Shown: piece by piece, positions 1 through 9,073 of the stretch
How the letters are laid out: every line of letters begins with the position of its first letter
How positions within the stretch are numbered: the first letter of the stretch is position 1
Assembly: GCA_963704435.1 (NCBI GenBank)
Contig: OY969902.1
Location: forward strand, 720,001 to 752,000
DNA: 32,000 nucleotides
From: an uncultured archaeon
Lineage (GTDB): Archaea; Micrarchaeota; Micrarchaeia; Micrarchaeales; CABMGC01
Direction: 5' to 3'
The notes under the pieces: model-generated
Told to the model about the DNA's origin: nothing
Databases searched by the model: none
What the model saw: the letters and a program-made list of their open reading frames with translations, nothing else
Program-made: the position numbers and the translations under genes

Positions 1-739
1 TGAGCTTTTTCACTGCCGCGATGTCAGGAGCGTTTGCCTTTAGAGTTATTATGTCACCGCCGACCTTCTTCTTCAGCGCGTCCGGGGTTCCCATGACTAC
101 GACTCTCCCTCGGTCTATTATCGCGACCCTGTCGCACAGGGTCTCCGCCTCCTCCATGTAGTGCGTCGTTATTATTATCGTGACCTTCTTCTCCGTGGAG
201 AGCTTCTTTATGTAGGTCCACAGGTGGATTCTGGTCTGCGGGTCGAGGCCCAGGGTCGGCTCGTCGAGGAACAGGACTTTCGGTTCATGCAGCAGGCCCC
301 TCGCCAGCTCCAGCCGGCGCCGCATCCCACCCGAATAGTTCTTCACGAACTCGCGCTGCCTGTCGCGCAGGTTCACAAGGCCGAGCACGTAGTCCATCCT
401 CTTGTTTATCTCCTTGGAAGGCACCCCGTACATGAGCCCGTGCAGGTACAGGTTCTCCCTGCCGGTCAGGGTGTCGTCCGAGCTCGGGTCCTGGAACACG
501 AAGCCTATTGACTTCCTCACTCTGCTAGGCTCGCGCCTTACGTCGTAGCCGTTGACTACGGCAGAGCCGCTCGTTGGCTGCACCAGCGTGGACAGCATTG
601 ATAGGGTCGTGGTCTTCCCCGCGCCGTTCGGGCCAAGGAGCCCGAATATCTCCCCATCGTTTATCTGGAGGTTTAGCCTGTCGACTGCCGTGAGGCGCCC
701 GAACTTCTTCGTGAGTTTCTTCGTCTCGATGATGTGCAC
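1..739 (-). CDS. ABC transporter ATP-binding protein (DrrA/CcmA-like), truncated by window edge
   Basis: Manual reverse translation: [49 protein letters not shown]...[33 protein letters not shown]. Walker A, signature and Walker B are present; apparent GTG start at 739. Not in the ORF track, probably because it is open at the edge. Confidence 0.93.
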   Translation of the reverse strand, partial: [246 protein letters not shown]

Positions 740-760
740 GGCAACGCCCCTGAAGCAGGT

Positions 761-1237
761 TCAGTTTAGCTTAAACACATAAAAATTAAGAACCATTGCA
801 ATCGTGACCCAGGCGAGATACGGGAGCATGGCGTACGCGGCGGACTTGGAGACCCTGTATGATTTGAAGATCGTAACTGCGATTGCGATCCACAGCGCGA
901 GAATGCAAATCAGGCCGTACAGCGGCTTGCGGAGTCCGAAGAAGAGAACGGACCAGAGCACGTTGAGGGCGAGTTGGGTTCCGAAGGCAGTGATTGCGGA
1001 GTTAACTCCTCTCTTCCCGATGCCTCTCTTCCATACGAGGTAGAGCGACACGCCCATGAGCAGGTACAGCGCAGTCCAGACCGGTCCGAATAGCCAGCTC
1101 GGCGGAGTGAAGGAAGGCTTTGCAAGCCCCGCATACCATGTGGCGATAGACGGGATGGTGAATACAGACCCTATTACACCCGCTAACTCGCACAAAAGGA
1201 TAGCCGCCACGAGCTTTGCAAGGTCTTTTCGATTCAT
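761..1237 (-). CDS. TspO/MBR family membrane protein
   Basis: 158 aa, five hydrophobic segments, family-like PSFTPPSWLFGPVWTALYLLMG and ALNVLWSVLFFGLRKP motifs. Confidence 0.9.
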   Translation of the reverse strand: MNRKDLAKLVAAILLCELAGVIGSVFTIPSIATWYAGLAKPSFTPPSWLFGPVWTALYLLMGVSLYLVWKRGIGKRGVNSAITAFGTQLALNVLWSVLFFGLRKPLYGLICILALWIAIAVTIFKSYRVSKSAAYAMLPYLAWVTIAMVLNFYVFKLN

Positions 1238-1250
1238 ACAATCCCTCGCA

Positions 1251-1793
1251 TTAAACTATGAGCCGGACTTGTTTTATGCTGTTTTTTGTGACCAAATAAT
1301 AGCAGATATTACCCGCGCCGATCCTGCTCCTTATGTAATCTATGTTGTCCTTTTTGTCTTCATAAAACTCCAGTGCGCGATATTTCTTCAAGTAGTGCTT
1401 GATCTTTCGCAGCTTCCATTCTTCATCTGGAAGGGCAAGGTCACGCCTTGCATCGATTCCCCGGATTCTTACACCGTGCTTCTTTATGAGATCCAGAGTG
1501 TCGCCGTGTCGGTTTTTCAAGCGGGCGGTAAGCACAATCACATCGTAGCCCTTCCTTGACCTTCGTAAGCGATTCAGCAGCAGGCCATTCGGCTTGCTTT
1601 CATGCTTGTATTTAGAGAATGCCAGGGCGTATACTTTGGACTTCACGGGCCGGGGCAGCTTCCTTATCTGCCTCTTGCTCAGGTTCCTTCTGCCAAGAAG
1701 TTCTTCCGCAGCCTTCCTTACGGCTCCATGGGTGAAAAACAGTGTGTCGTCGAAATCAAGGAGTATGAGCTTCCCTCTTTTATTCATGACCAT
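1251..1793 (-). CDS. HAD-superfamily phosphatase-like protein
   Basis: N-terminal DFDDTLF (DxDxT), VIVLTAR motif II and C-terminal FYEDKKDNID acidic motif. ATG at 1793 preferred over the TTG at 1796. Confidence 0.75.
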   Translation of the reverse strand: MVMNKRGKLILLDFDDTLFFTHGAVRKAAEELLGRRNLSKRQIRKLPRPVKSKVYALAFSKYKHESKPNGLLLNRLRRSRKGYDVIVLTARLKNRHGDTLDLIKKHGVRIRGIDARRDLALPDEEWKLRKIKHYLKKYRALEFYEDKKDNIDYIRSRIGAGNICYYLVTKNSIKQVRLIV

Positions 1794-1916
1794 CAACTTA
1801 TCTATGCGCGAATCTAGCCTGTATGATTGATACCTAAATTAGTTTTATATGGGTGCCTGCGACCCTGTGCTAAAACAACGATAATACTTATTAAAGGGAA
1901 AAAAACAAGGTAATTG

Positions 1917-2780
1917 ATGGATATGGCTGAACGCTCGTCTTTCAAGATGTTCATAACCCCTGACGATTTCGCTAAGAAGGTGAATCCTGGCGAGGGATTA
2001 AAGCCCCTCCTGGAGGAAGTGGTGGCCGTCGTTTCTCCAAGGGACATATCACGGCTGTACGCGACCAGCGGGAACGGCGAGCGCACCCTGGCCATGAATC
2101 TCATGCCTAACGATGAACTGGTGAACCTTTTCAGGCACGTCTGTAATGGCGATGGCAAGCGAGTCTATAAGGATGCGGAAATCGGAATAGGTACTAGGGC
2201 ATCGCCCAAACGTGCGATGAATATCCAGACATTCGTCCAGGCGGACAAGCTTATCGGATTTAGCGGGCTTGTGGGGCTGATAGACCATTTCGACAATCCA
2301 GGGATAAGCAAGATGCCCGCATCCATCTTGACAATCACTAGTGGCGGGGAAAAATACATGGCCCTCTACATACCGGCAATCGTAGAAGCCATACCTAAAG
2401 AGAGGTTCAATGTGCCGCTCACCCTCCTAAAGGAGCGCGTGCGGGAAGAGCCCACCATGACCCTGCCTGTATTTAATGTTGGACCTGTGACTATCGACTT
2501 GAAGGAATTTGTCAAGCACGTCGAAGAGATTCTTGCTACCTCTGGGGAGGTGATTCAGATCGTTCGGGATGGGGCTCACCGCTCTTGCCTGGTCAATCTT
2601 GCCGGGACGACGCTGCACGCGGTCGAGATTCGCAAATCGGATGCGCTGCCGACAGGCGCACCAGTCCCGGTGAACGAGATGCGGGTTACCTCGCAGAAAC
2701 CCGAGAGGCTTGAAGATAGGTATCCCGGTTATGTTAAAGATAGCTGGCTAAACTTCAAAGAAATAGGAATTGACGGCTGA
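1917..2780 (+). CDS. Conserved-looking hypothetical protein (~287 aa)
   Basis: Long ORF in its own interval between oppositely oriented genes. The C-terminal GEVIQIVRDGAHRSCLVNLAG segment is loosely reminiscent of ParB-type DGxHR motifs. Start at 1914 (TTG), 1917 or 1923 is uncertain. Confidence 0.7.
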   Translation: MDMAERSSFKMFITPDDFAKKVNPGEGLKPLLEEVVAVVSPRDISRLYATSGNGERTLAMNLMPNDELVNLFRHVCNGDGKRVYKDAEIGIGTRASPKRAMNIQTFVQADKLIGFSGLVGLIDHFDNPGISKMPASILTITSGGEKYMALYIPAIVEAIPKERFNVPLTLLKERVREEPTMTLPVFNVGPVTIDLKEFVKHVEEILATSGEVIQIVRDGAHRSCLVNLAGTTLHAVEIRKSDALPTGAPVPVNEMRVTSQKPERLEDRYPGYVKDSWLNFKEIGIDG

Positions 2781-2805
2781 AAAGCACAAAGTGTTGCGGC
2801 CGCAG

Positions 2806-3714
2806 CTAGTACATCTGCTCCAGTCTCTTTATCCTGTCAGCGATGGGCGGGTGCGTGGAGAACAGGTTCGTCACGCTCGCCGCCTTCAGCGGGTTAGATA
2901 TGTAGAGCGAAGCGGTTATCTCGTTGACGTGCTTCATTGGAGGCGTCTTCGGGCTCGCGGAGTAGGCCTGTATCTTCTTCAGCGCGTGCGCGAGCGACGC
3001 CGGGTCCCTCGTTATCCTTGCGCCGTTGGCATCGGCCATGTACTCCCTCCTCCGGGATATGGCGAGCCTTATCAGGAGCGCGATGAAGGGCGCGAGCAGG
3101 CCGATCACGAGGCCGATGATGACTATCAGTCCGGCATTGTCCCTGCTCCTTCCTCCTCCCATCCCGACTCCTCCGAAGAGCAGCGTGGTCCGTATGAGCG
3201 CGGCGATGAGGCCTATCGCGCCCGCGAACACAACCGCCACCATCATGAACTGTATGTCGTTGTTGTAGATGTGGGACATCTCGTGCGCCAGCACGCCCTC
3301 GAGCTCGTGCCTGTCCATCATCGACAGCAGTCCGCTCGTGACGGCTATGGCCGATACCTTCCTGTTCTTCCCGGTCGCGAATGCGTTTGGGCTGGGGTCG
3401 TTGATCACGTAGATCTTCGGCACGGGCAGCTGCGAGGCCAGCGCCAGGCCCTCGACTATGCTGAAGAGAGTCGGATACTGCTTCTGGTCGGCCGGCTTGG
3501 CTCCCGACATCTTGAGCACCAGCTTGTCCCCGGCGAAATACGTGAACGCCGCGTAGCCCAGGACTATGATCAGCCCGAGAAGGAGCCCGAATATCCCTCC
3601 GCCTACGAAGAGCACGAATATGTAGACTATCGCCATGAACAGCGCTCCGAAGAGCAGCATCAGCCCTAGGGACTTCAGCTTGTTCCGCGCTATCTCGTCA
3701 AAGAAGCTGGCCAT
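2806..3714 (-). CDS. htpX: M48 family zinc metalloprotease HtpX
   Basis: 302 aa, two N-terminal TM segments, PNAFATGKNRKVSAIAVTSGLL, HELEGVLAHEMSHIYNND (HExxH), later RRREYMADANGA and THPP..R motifs. Confidence 0.95.
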   Translation of the reverse strand: MASFFDEIARNKLKSLGLMLLFGALFMAIVYIFVLFVGGGIFGLLLGLIIVLGYAAFTYFAGDKLVLKMSGAKPADQKQYPTLFSIVEGLALASQLPVPKIYVINDPSPNAFATGKNRKVSAIAVTSGLLSMMDRHELEGVLAHEMSHIYNNDIQFMMVAVVFAGAIGLIAALIRTTLLFGGVGMGGGRSRDNAGLIVIIGLVIGLLAPFIALLIRLAISRRREYMADANGARITRDPASLAHALKKIQAYSASPKTPPMKHVNEITASLYISNPLKAASVTNLFSTHPPIADRIKRLEQMY

Positions 3715-3724
3715 CCGCTACCAC

Positions 3725-4399
3725 TCAGCCCTTCCGGTTCTTGCTGCCTGCGGTCTTCGCCGTCTTCTTCGCCTTTGCCGGCGCCGCCTTCCTGGCCTTA
3801 GCAGGCGCGGCCTTCGCAGGGACCCCTCCAGCCTCTTCGGTGTCGCTGAAGTCAACCTTTACCGGCTCCTTCGCGCCCTCCTCGGCCTGGAAGTAGTCCT
3901 GCCTCTTGAAGCCCAGCGGCCCAGCGAGCACGTTGCCCGGGAACTGCTGTATCGCGTTGTTGTAGTCGAGGACGTAGTCGTTGTAGGATGTCCTGACGAA
4001 CGATATCCTGTCCTCAGTGTTCTCCAGCTCGGTCTGCAGGTTCTTGAACGTCTCCGATGCCTTCAGGTCCGGGTAGTTCTCAGCGACCGCGAACACGCTC
4101 TTCAGCGCCGTGCTGAGCTGGTTGTTGGCCGTGGCCTTGTCCTGCACTGAGCCTGAGACTATCGAGCTCCTGAGCTGCGTTATCTGCGTCAGCGTGCCCT
4201 TCTCGTACTTCATGTAGCCCTTGACGGTCTGCACGAGGTTCGGTATGAGGTCGTACCTCCTCTTCAGCTGAACGTCTATCTGCGCCCAGGCGTCCTGCAC
4301 CCTGTTGCGCTTGGAGACCAGCCCGTTGAACATCAGCACTATGATGAGCAGCACCAGCGCCACTATCCCTACGACTATCCAGGCAAAAAGCGACATCAT
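3725..4399 (-). CDS. lemA: LemA family protein with Lys/Ala-rich C-terminal tail
   Basis: N-terminal TM, then NRVQDAWAQIDVQLKRRYDLIPNLVQTVKGYMKYE and VFAVAENYPDLKASETF..LQ.ELENTEDRISFVRTSYNDYVLDYNNAIQQFPGN. Located 10 bp from htpX. Confidence 0.93.
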   Translation of the reverse strand: MMSLFAWIVVGIVALVLLIIVLMFNGLVSKRNRVQDAWAQIDVQLKRRYDLIPNLVQTVKGYMKYEKGTLTQITQLRSSIVSGSVQDKATANNQLSTALKSVFAVAENYPDLKASETFKNLQTELENTEDRISFVRTSYNDYVLDYNNAIQQFPGNVLAGPLGFKRQDYFQAEEGAKEPVKVDFSDTEEAGGVPAKAAPAKARKAAPAKAKKTAKTAGSKNRKG

Positions 4400-4439
4400 G
4401 TTATCAGCCTTATTTCCATTCTAAAGCTTAAAAGCCTAC

Positions 4440-4823
4440 CTATCTGGAATCTGCCAGGAAGGAGCAGTTACCTGCGTCTGGATCGTCGTTCCTGACGAGA
4501 GGCATGATTAGCGGAGAGAGGACCACAGCCAGATCATTCAGAACCTCCGGAGGCACCTTGAGCCCCATCCGTTCAATCTGGTTTGCCGCTCTCAGGACTC
4601 CGTCGCACGGCACCTCGATAGGCGCACGCTTCCCCTCATCCCCACAAGCCGCGATTTCAGATATTATTCCTTTCACGTCTTGCATTTTTGCAGCGTCCAC
4701 AAGTCTCCCGATCACATCAAGCTTCTTTGATGCAGCAATCACGTCATTAACCGGCACGGAGACATCATGGAATCGCGCCGCGTCTTGTTGGGTTACCCTG
4801 ACGTTTATTTTAGATTCTGCCAT
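4440..4823 (-). CDS. Hypothetical protein, 127 aa
   Basis: ORF fills the interval between lemA and the metallopeptidase gene on the same strand; no motif recognised. Confidence 0.55.
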   Translation of the reverse strand: MAESKINVRVTQQDAARFHDVSVPVNDVIAASKKLDVIGRLVDAAKMQDVKGIISEIAACGDEGKRAPIEVPCDGVLRAANQIERMGLKVPPEVLNDLAVVLSPLIMPLVRNDDPDAGNCSFLADSR

Positions 4824-4864
4824 CTCAGCCCCTGCTTATTTCTCTCGCGACTTATTATTAAAAC

Positions 4865-5539
4865 TTATTCTGCGAAGTTCCCTTCTAGGCTCAGCGTTTT
4901 CTGGAACCCTTTGCTTTGCTCCTGCGCCTTCGCAGCTGGCTTCGGCGGGGCCAGCCTTCCCCCGTTCTCCCTCAGCCACTTCCTCCGCTCCCTGTATTCG
5001 GGGACAGCGGTCCCGACGAGGTTCCAGAAGCCCCTGGAGTGGTTCAGCTCCTTGACGTGCGCCAGCTCGTGCACTATGACGTAATCGAGTATCTCGGGAG
5101 GCGCGAAGAGCAGCCTGAAGTTGATGGATATGGTGTTCGTGGCCTTAGAGTAGCTGCCCCATCTGGTGCGCTGGTCCTTTATCCGCACCGGCCCGAGCTC
5201 GAACCCGAAGTGGCTCGAGTTGAGCGCGTTTACGCGGAGCGCCAGATCAGGAAGGACGCAGCGGGACATTGCCTTCCTGGCGAGCGCGCTGACGTGGCGG
5301 TTCCTATCCCTGGCGCTGAGCCCCTGGGCAAGGGCTATGTCGACCCTCCCGTTGGACAGGCGCACGCGGGACGAGCTGCCGCTCCCCTCGCTGACGCTGA
5401 CCGCGAAGTTATGTCCCAGTAGCGAAAGCTCCTGCCCGTCGCGGAACTTCAGGAGGGCGGGCGCTCCCGTCCCGTAGCGGCGCACCCTCACCCTCCGCAT
5501 CCTCGTAGGCCCGAATCCAAATAGCGTCCATAGGTCCAT
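4865..5539 (-). CDS. YgjP/DUF45-like (SprT-related) metallopeptidase
   Basis: RTRWGSYS...ISINFRLLFAPPEILDYVIVHELAHVKELNHSRGFW: RWGS and HELAH..NHS..FW motifs typical of this family. Confidence 0.88.
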   Translation of the reverse strand: MDLWTLFGFGPTRMRRVRVRRYGTGAPALLKFRDGQELSLLGHNFAVSVSEGSGSSSRVRLSNGRVDIALAQGLSARDRNRHVSALARKAMSRCVLPDLALRVNALNSSHFGFELGPVRIKDQRTRWGSYSKATNTISINFRLLFAPPEILDYVIVHELAHVKELNHSRGFWNLVGTAVPEYRERRKWLRENGGRLAPPKPAAKAQEQSKGFQKTLSLEGNFAE

Positions 5540-5619
5540 GCAAGCACACCGGTCGCTGCGGTCGCAATAGCTATATGCGGAATGGGATTAAAAAATCCAG
5601 ACTTCGCCCCAGAGGGACC

Positions 5620-7008
5620 CTATTTCGCGATTATCTCGTAGCCTTCGGGGGTGTCCTCCACCTTGAACCCCTTTTCCGCAATCCTTTTCCTAAGCTCGTC
5701 AGAAAGTTTCCAGTCCCTCTTCTTCCTGGCGGCCTCACGCTCCTCAGCCAAATCGCGTATCTCCTGCGGGATGCGGGCCTCCTTCAGAGAATCGAGTCCG
5801 AGTCCGAACACCCTATCATATTTCATCGCGGACGCGTACTTGTCGGAAGGGGAAACTTTAGGGTCCTTCAGGAGCTCGTGCAGCACGCGCAGCGCCTCGT
5901 GCGTGTTAAGGTCGTCGTTTATGCTCTCCAGGAACCTCTTGTCGTACTCCTTCAGGCCCCTGCTTTTGGTTTTTGCCGAGTGCGCAGCCTCATTCTTTAG
6001 CCCAATCAGGTCCTTCTTCAGTCTGGCGAAGTCCGCTTTGGCTACCGCGAGCTTGTCCCAACTGAAGACCAGGCTTTTCCTGTAGTTGGTTCCCAGGCAA
6101 TAGTACCTGTACTCAAGGGGCTCGAAGCCCTTTTGGACCACCCTGTTGAGCGTCAGGAACTCCCCCACCGACTTCGACATTTTTCCGTTCTCAGTTATGA
6201 GGTGCTGGCTGTGCAGCCAGTAGTTCACGAACTTCTTGCCGGTGGCCGCCTCGCTCTGCGCGATCTCGTTCGTATGGTGTATCGGTATGTGGTCTATGCC
6301 TCCGCAATGGATGTCGAAGTGTTTGCCGAGGTATTTCATGCTCATCGCGCTGCACTCTATGTGCCAGCCAGGGAAACCCGTGCCCCAAGGGCTTTCCCAT
6401 TCCATCTGCCTCTTCTTGTCCTTCGGGCTGAACTTCCACAGCGCGAAATCGGTGCTGTTCCTCTTCTCCTTGAGGCTTACTCTCTTCCCTGCCTCAAGGC
6501 CCTCCTTCTTCAGCCGCGCCATCTTCCCGTAGCCCTCGAACTTCATGCTGTCGAAGTATATGCCGTCCGAGGTCCTGTAGGTGTAACCCTTCCTCTCCAG
6601 TTCCTTGATCAGGTCTATCTGCTCCTTGATGTGGTCCGTCGCCTTGCATACGACCGTGGGCTTCAGGATGTTGAGCCTCCTGCAGTCGTCGAAGAAGGCC
6701 TTGGTGTACTCATCGGCTATCACCCAGGCGCTCTTCCCCTCTCGCAGCGCCCCTTTCTCCATCTTGTCCATTCCTTCGTCGGAATCGGAAACGAGGTGGC
6801 CCACGTCCGTGACGTTCATCACGTGGGTGACCTTGAAGCCGTTGTATTCAAGGGACCTTTTCAGGACGTCCTCGAAGATGTAGGTCCTGAGGTTGCCTAT
6901 GTGGGCGTAATCGTAGACCGTCGGGCCGCAGGTGTACAGTCCCACCTTCCCAGGATGGATCGGAACGAACCTCGTCTTGCGACCAGAGAGCGTGTTATAG
7001 AAGCGCAT
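5620..7008 (-). CDS. cysS: Cysteinyl-tRNA synthetase
   Basis: [23 protein letters not shown] (HIGN), [44 protein letters not shown]. Confidence 0.97.
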   Translation of the reverse strand: MRFYNTLSGRKTRFVPIHPGKVGLYTCGPTVYDYAHIGNLRTYIFEDVLKRSLEYNGFKVTHVMNVTDVGHLVSDSDEGMDKMEKGALREGKSAWVIADEYTKAFFDDCRRLNILKPTVVCKATDHIKEQIDLIKELERKGYTYRTSDGIYFDSMKFEGYGKMARLKKEGLEAGKRVSLKEKRNSTDFALWKFSPKDKKRQMEWESPWGTGFPGWHIECSAMSMKYLGKHFDIHCGGIDHIPIHHTNEIAQSEAATGKKFVNYWLHSQHLITENGKMSKSVGEFLTLNRVVQKGFEPLEYRYYCLGTNYRKSLVFSWDKLAVAKADFARLKKDLIGLKNEAAHSAKTKSRGLKEYDKRFLESINDDLNTHEALRVLHELLKDPKVSPSDKYASAMKYDRVFGLGLDSLKEARIPQEIRDLAEEREAARKKRDWKLSDELRKRIAEKGFKVEDTPEGYEIIAK

Positions 7009-7066
7009 GGTAATTCTCCCGTAGGGAATATCCTGTTTATCTATTAAAACTTGTCTGGATGCGCGT

Positions 7067-8668
7067 TCAGAGCTCGGCCGCCCTTGCGGCGCAAGCGGCC
7101 ACGAATCCCACGAAGACGGGGCTGGGCCTCTCCAGCCTTGACGTGAACTCGGGATGGAACTGCGTGCCGAGATGGAACCTGTTCTTCCTGTATTCGGCTA
7201 TCTCCATAATCTTCCCATCGGAAAATGTGCCGGAGAAAGCAAGTCCCGCCTTCTCGAGTCTTTCGACGTATTTCGGGTTTACCTCGTACCTGTGCCTGAA
7301 CCTCTCCATCACCATCCCCTTTCCGTAGAGGCGGTAGGCGAGGCTCCCTTTCCTTATGTCCGTCTCCCTGGCTCCGAGCCGGTTTGTCGCACCCATCTCA
7401 GTGAGTCGCTGGTCCGGCATGAGCTCCACCACTGGGTGCTCGGTGTCAGGATCAGCCTCGGTAGAGTTGGCACCCTTTAGTCCGCAGACGTTCCTCGCAA
7501 ATTCCACAACCATGTACTGCATGCCGAAGCAGAGGCCGAGGTAGGGGATGTCATTCTCCCTCGCGTACCTTATGCACTGGACCTTGCCCTCGGTGCCCCT
7601 CGAGCCGTAGCCTCCCGGGACTATCACTCCGTCGCAGCCGTCGAGCGCGCCCACGCTCTCCTTACCGTCCTCTATGTCTGTGGTCTCGATCCACTTGAGC
7701 TTGACTGCGCGGTCGTTGTGCGCGCCTGCGTGCACGAGCGCCTCCTTGATGCTGGCATAGGAGTCCTTCAGGGCGGTGTACTTCCCGGTTATCGCGACCG
7801 TCACGCTGCCCTTCGGGTTCTTTATCCTCTCGACCAGCCCGCTCCATTTCTTCAGGTCTGGCTCCCTTGCCTTTATGCCGAGCTTGGCCGTTATGAGCCT
7901 GCCCATGCCCTGCCTCTCGAAGGATAGCGGCGCATCGTATATGGACGCGATGTCGGGATCGTCTATCACCGCCTCTGGAGCGACGTTGCAGAACATCGCT
8001 ATCTTCCTCCTGGCGTCCTGCGTCAGCTTGCCGTTCCCCCTGCACACTATTATCTCCGGCTGTATGCCGAGCCCCTGCAGGATCCTCGTGGCCTGCTGGG
8101 TCGGCTTGGTCTTCTGCTCCCCCACCGCATCAAGCGCTGGGACGTATGTCAGCTGTATGAAGAGCACATTGCCCCTCTCCTCCATCGCGAGCTGCCTCAT
8201 CGCCTCTATGAAGTACGAGTTCTCCATGTCCCCGACGGTCCCCCCTACTTCTATCATCACCACGTCGGCGCCGAAATCGCTGCCGACCTTCCTTACCCTG
8301 CCCTTGATGTCGTTCGTGAGATGCGGTATTATCTGGACGTCGGAGCCCAGGTAGTCGCCTTTCCTCTCCTTCTCTATGATGTGCCTGAACAGCTTGCCGC
8401 CTGTGATGCTGTTCTCGGAGTTGAAGTCCATATTCAGGAATCTCTCATAGGTCCCGAAGTCCATGTCGCACTCGCATCCGTCGCCGAGCACGAATACTTC
8501 CCCGTGCCTATACGGGTTCATGGTCCCGCAGTCCACGTTGAGGTATCCGTCGAACTTTATCGGAACTACCTTCAGGCCGCGCGCCTGTAGGCTCTTGCCT
8601 ATCGAGGCGGTGACTATCCCCTTGCCTAGCCCGCTCATTATCGAACCGAGTACTACGATATACTTCAC
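7067..8668 (-). CDS. pyrG: CTP synthase
   Basis: MKYIVVLGSIMSGLGKGIVTASIGKSLQARGLKVVPIKFDGYLNVDCGTMNPYRHGEVFVLGDGCECDMDFGTYERFL; C-terminal glutaminase PYLGLCFGMQ and GTQFHPEF. Confidence 0.97.
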   Translation of the reverse strand: MKYIVVLGSIMSGLGKGIVTASIGKSLQARGLKVVPIKFDGYLNVDCGTMNPYRHGEVFVLGDGCECDMDFGTYERFLNMDFNSENSITGGKLFRHIIEKERKGDYLGSDVQIIPHLTNDIKGRVRKVGSDFGADVVMIEVGGTVGDMENSYFIEAMRQLAMEERGNVLFIQLTYVPALDAVGEQKTKPTQQATRILQGLGIQPEIIVCRGNGKLTQDARRKIAMFCNVAPEAVIDDPDIASIYDAPLSFERQGMGRLITAKLGIKAREPDLKKWSGLVERIKNPKGSVTVAITGKYTALKDSYASIKEALVHAGAHNDRAVKLKWIETTDIEDGKESVGALDGCDGVIVPGGYGSRGTEGKVQCIRYARENDIPYLGLCFGMQYMVVEFARNVCGLKGANSTEADPDTEHPVVELMPDQRLTEMGATNRLGARETDIRKGSLAYRLYGKGMVMERFRHRYEVNPKYVERLEKAGLAFSGTFSDGKIMEIAEYRKNRFHLGTQFHPEFTSRLERPSPVFVGFVAACAARAAEL

Positions 8669-8793
8669 GTCAACGCCCCCGAATTACAAGCCAAGCAAAT
8701 TATATATTTGGTTCATGCCAAAACGGTTATCGCGGTCTAACTGAGAAGATTTTATTTCGGAAGCTTGCGCTTATGGCTGGGGCGATATTTAGG

Positions 8794-8918
8794 CGCCAGG
8801 GCAGGGATTTGAACCCTGAAGCCCCGTGAGGGGCACCGGTTTTCATTGCATCACGAATCAGCTCTTGAGACGCTCTGCGCTCAAGACCGGCGCATTTACC
8901 GGATTCTGCCACCCTGGC
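8794..8918 (-). tRNA. tRNA-Ser(UGA) with ~38-nt intron in the anticodon loop
   Basis: Minus-strand fold: acceptor GCCAGGG/CCCTGGC, D-stem GCA/TGC, anticodon stem CCGGT/ACCGG around CTTGA, long variable arm GCCCC-TCAC-GGGGC, T-arm CAGGG-TTCAAAT-CCCTG, discriminator G. The mature anticodon loop requires removal of ~38 nt between 8842 and 8880 (exact junction ambiguous by 1 nt). Confidence 0.88.
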
Positions 8919-8942
8919 ACGACAATATGTTCTCCTTTTTGA

Positions 8943-8950
8943 GTTATAAA
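8943..8950 (-). promoter_or_regulatory. Archaeal TATA box for tRNA-Ser
   Basis: Minus strand GTTTATAAC centred ~28 nt upstream of the tRNA 5' end at 8918, the canonical archaeal box A distance. Confidence 0.6.
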
Positions 8951-9073
8951 CCTGAGCATGGCCAGACTGTGAAGGCAAGGCGTTTTGCCTTCTCTGTTTT
9001 CCTGTCCGCCAATTTGCCGATTTCCTGTCTGCGCAGTTCCCCAGAATAGGCATAAATAGCAGTTTTTCCATAT

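Noticed and set aside
2770-3669. 299-aa plus-strand ORF
   Set aside because: Antisense to the strongly supported htpX gene; low-complexity Arg/Tyr/His-rich translation.
6133-7047. 304-aa plus-strand ORF
   Set aside because: Antisense to cysS, no recognisable protein features.
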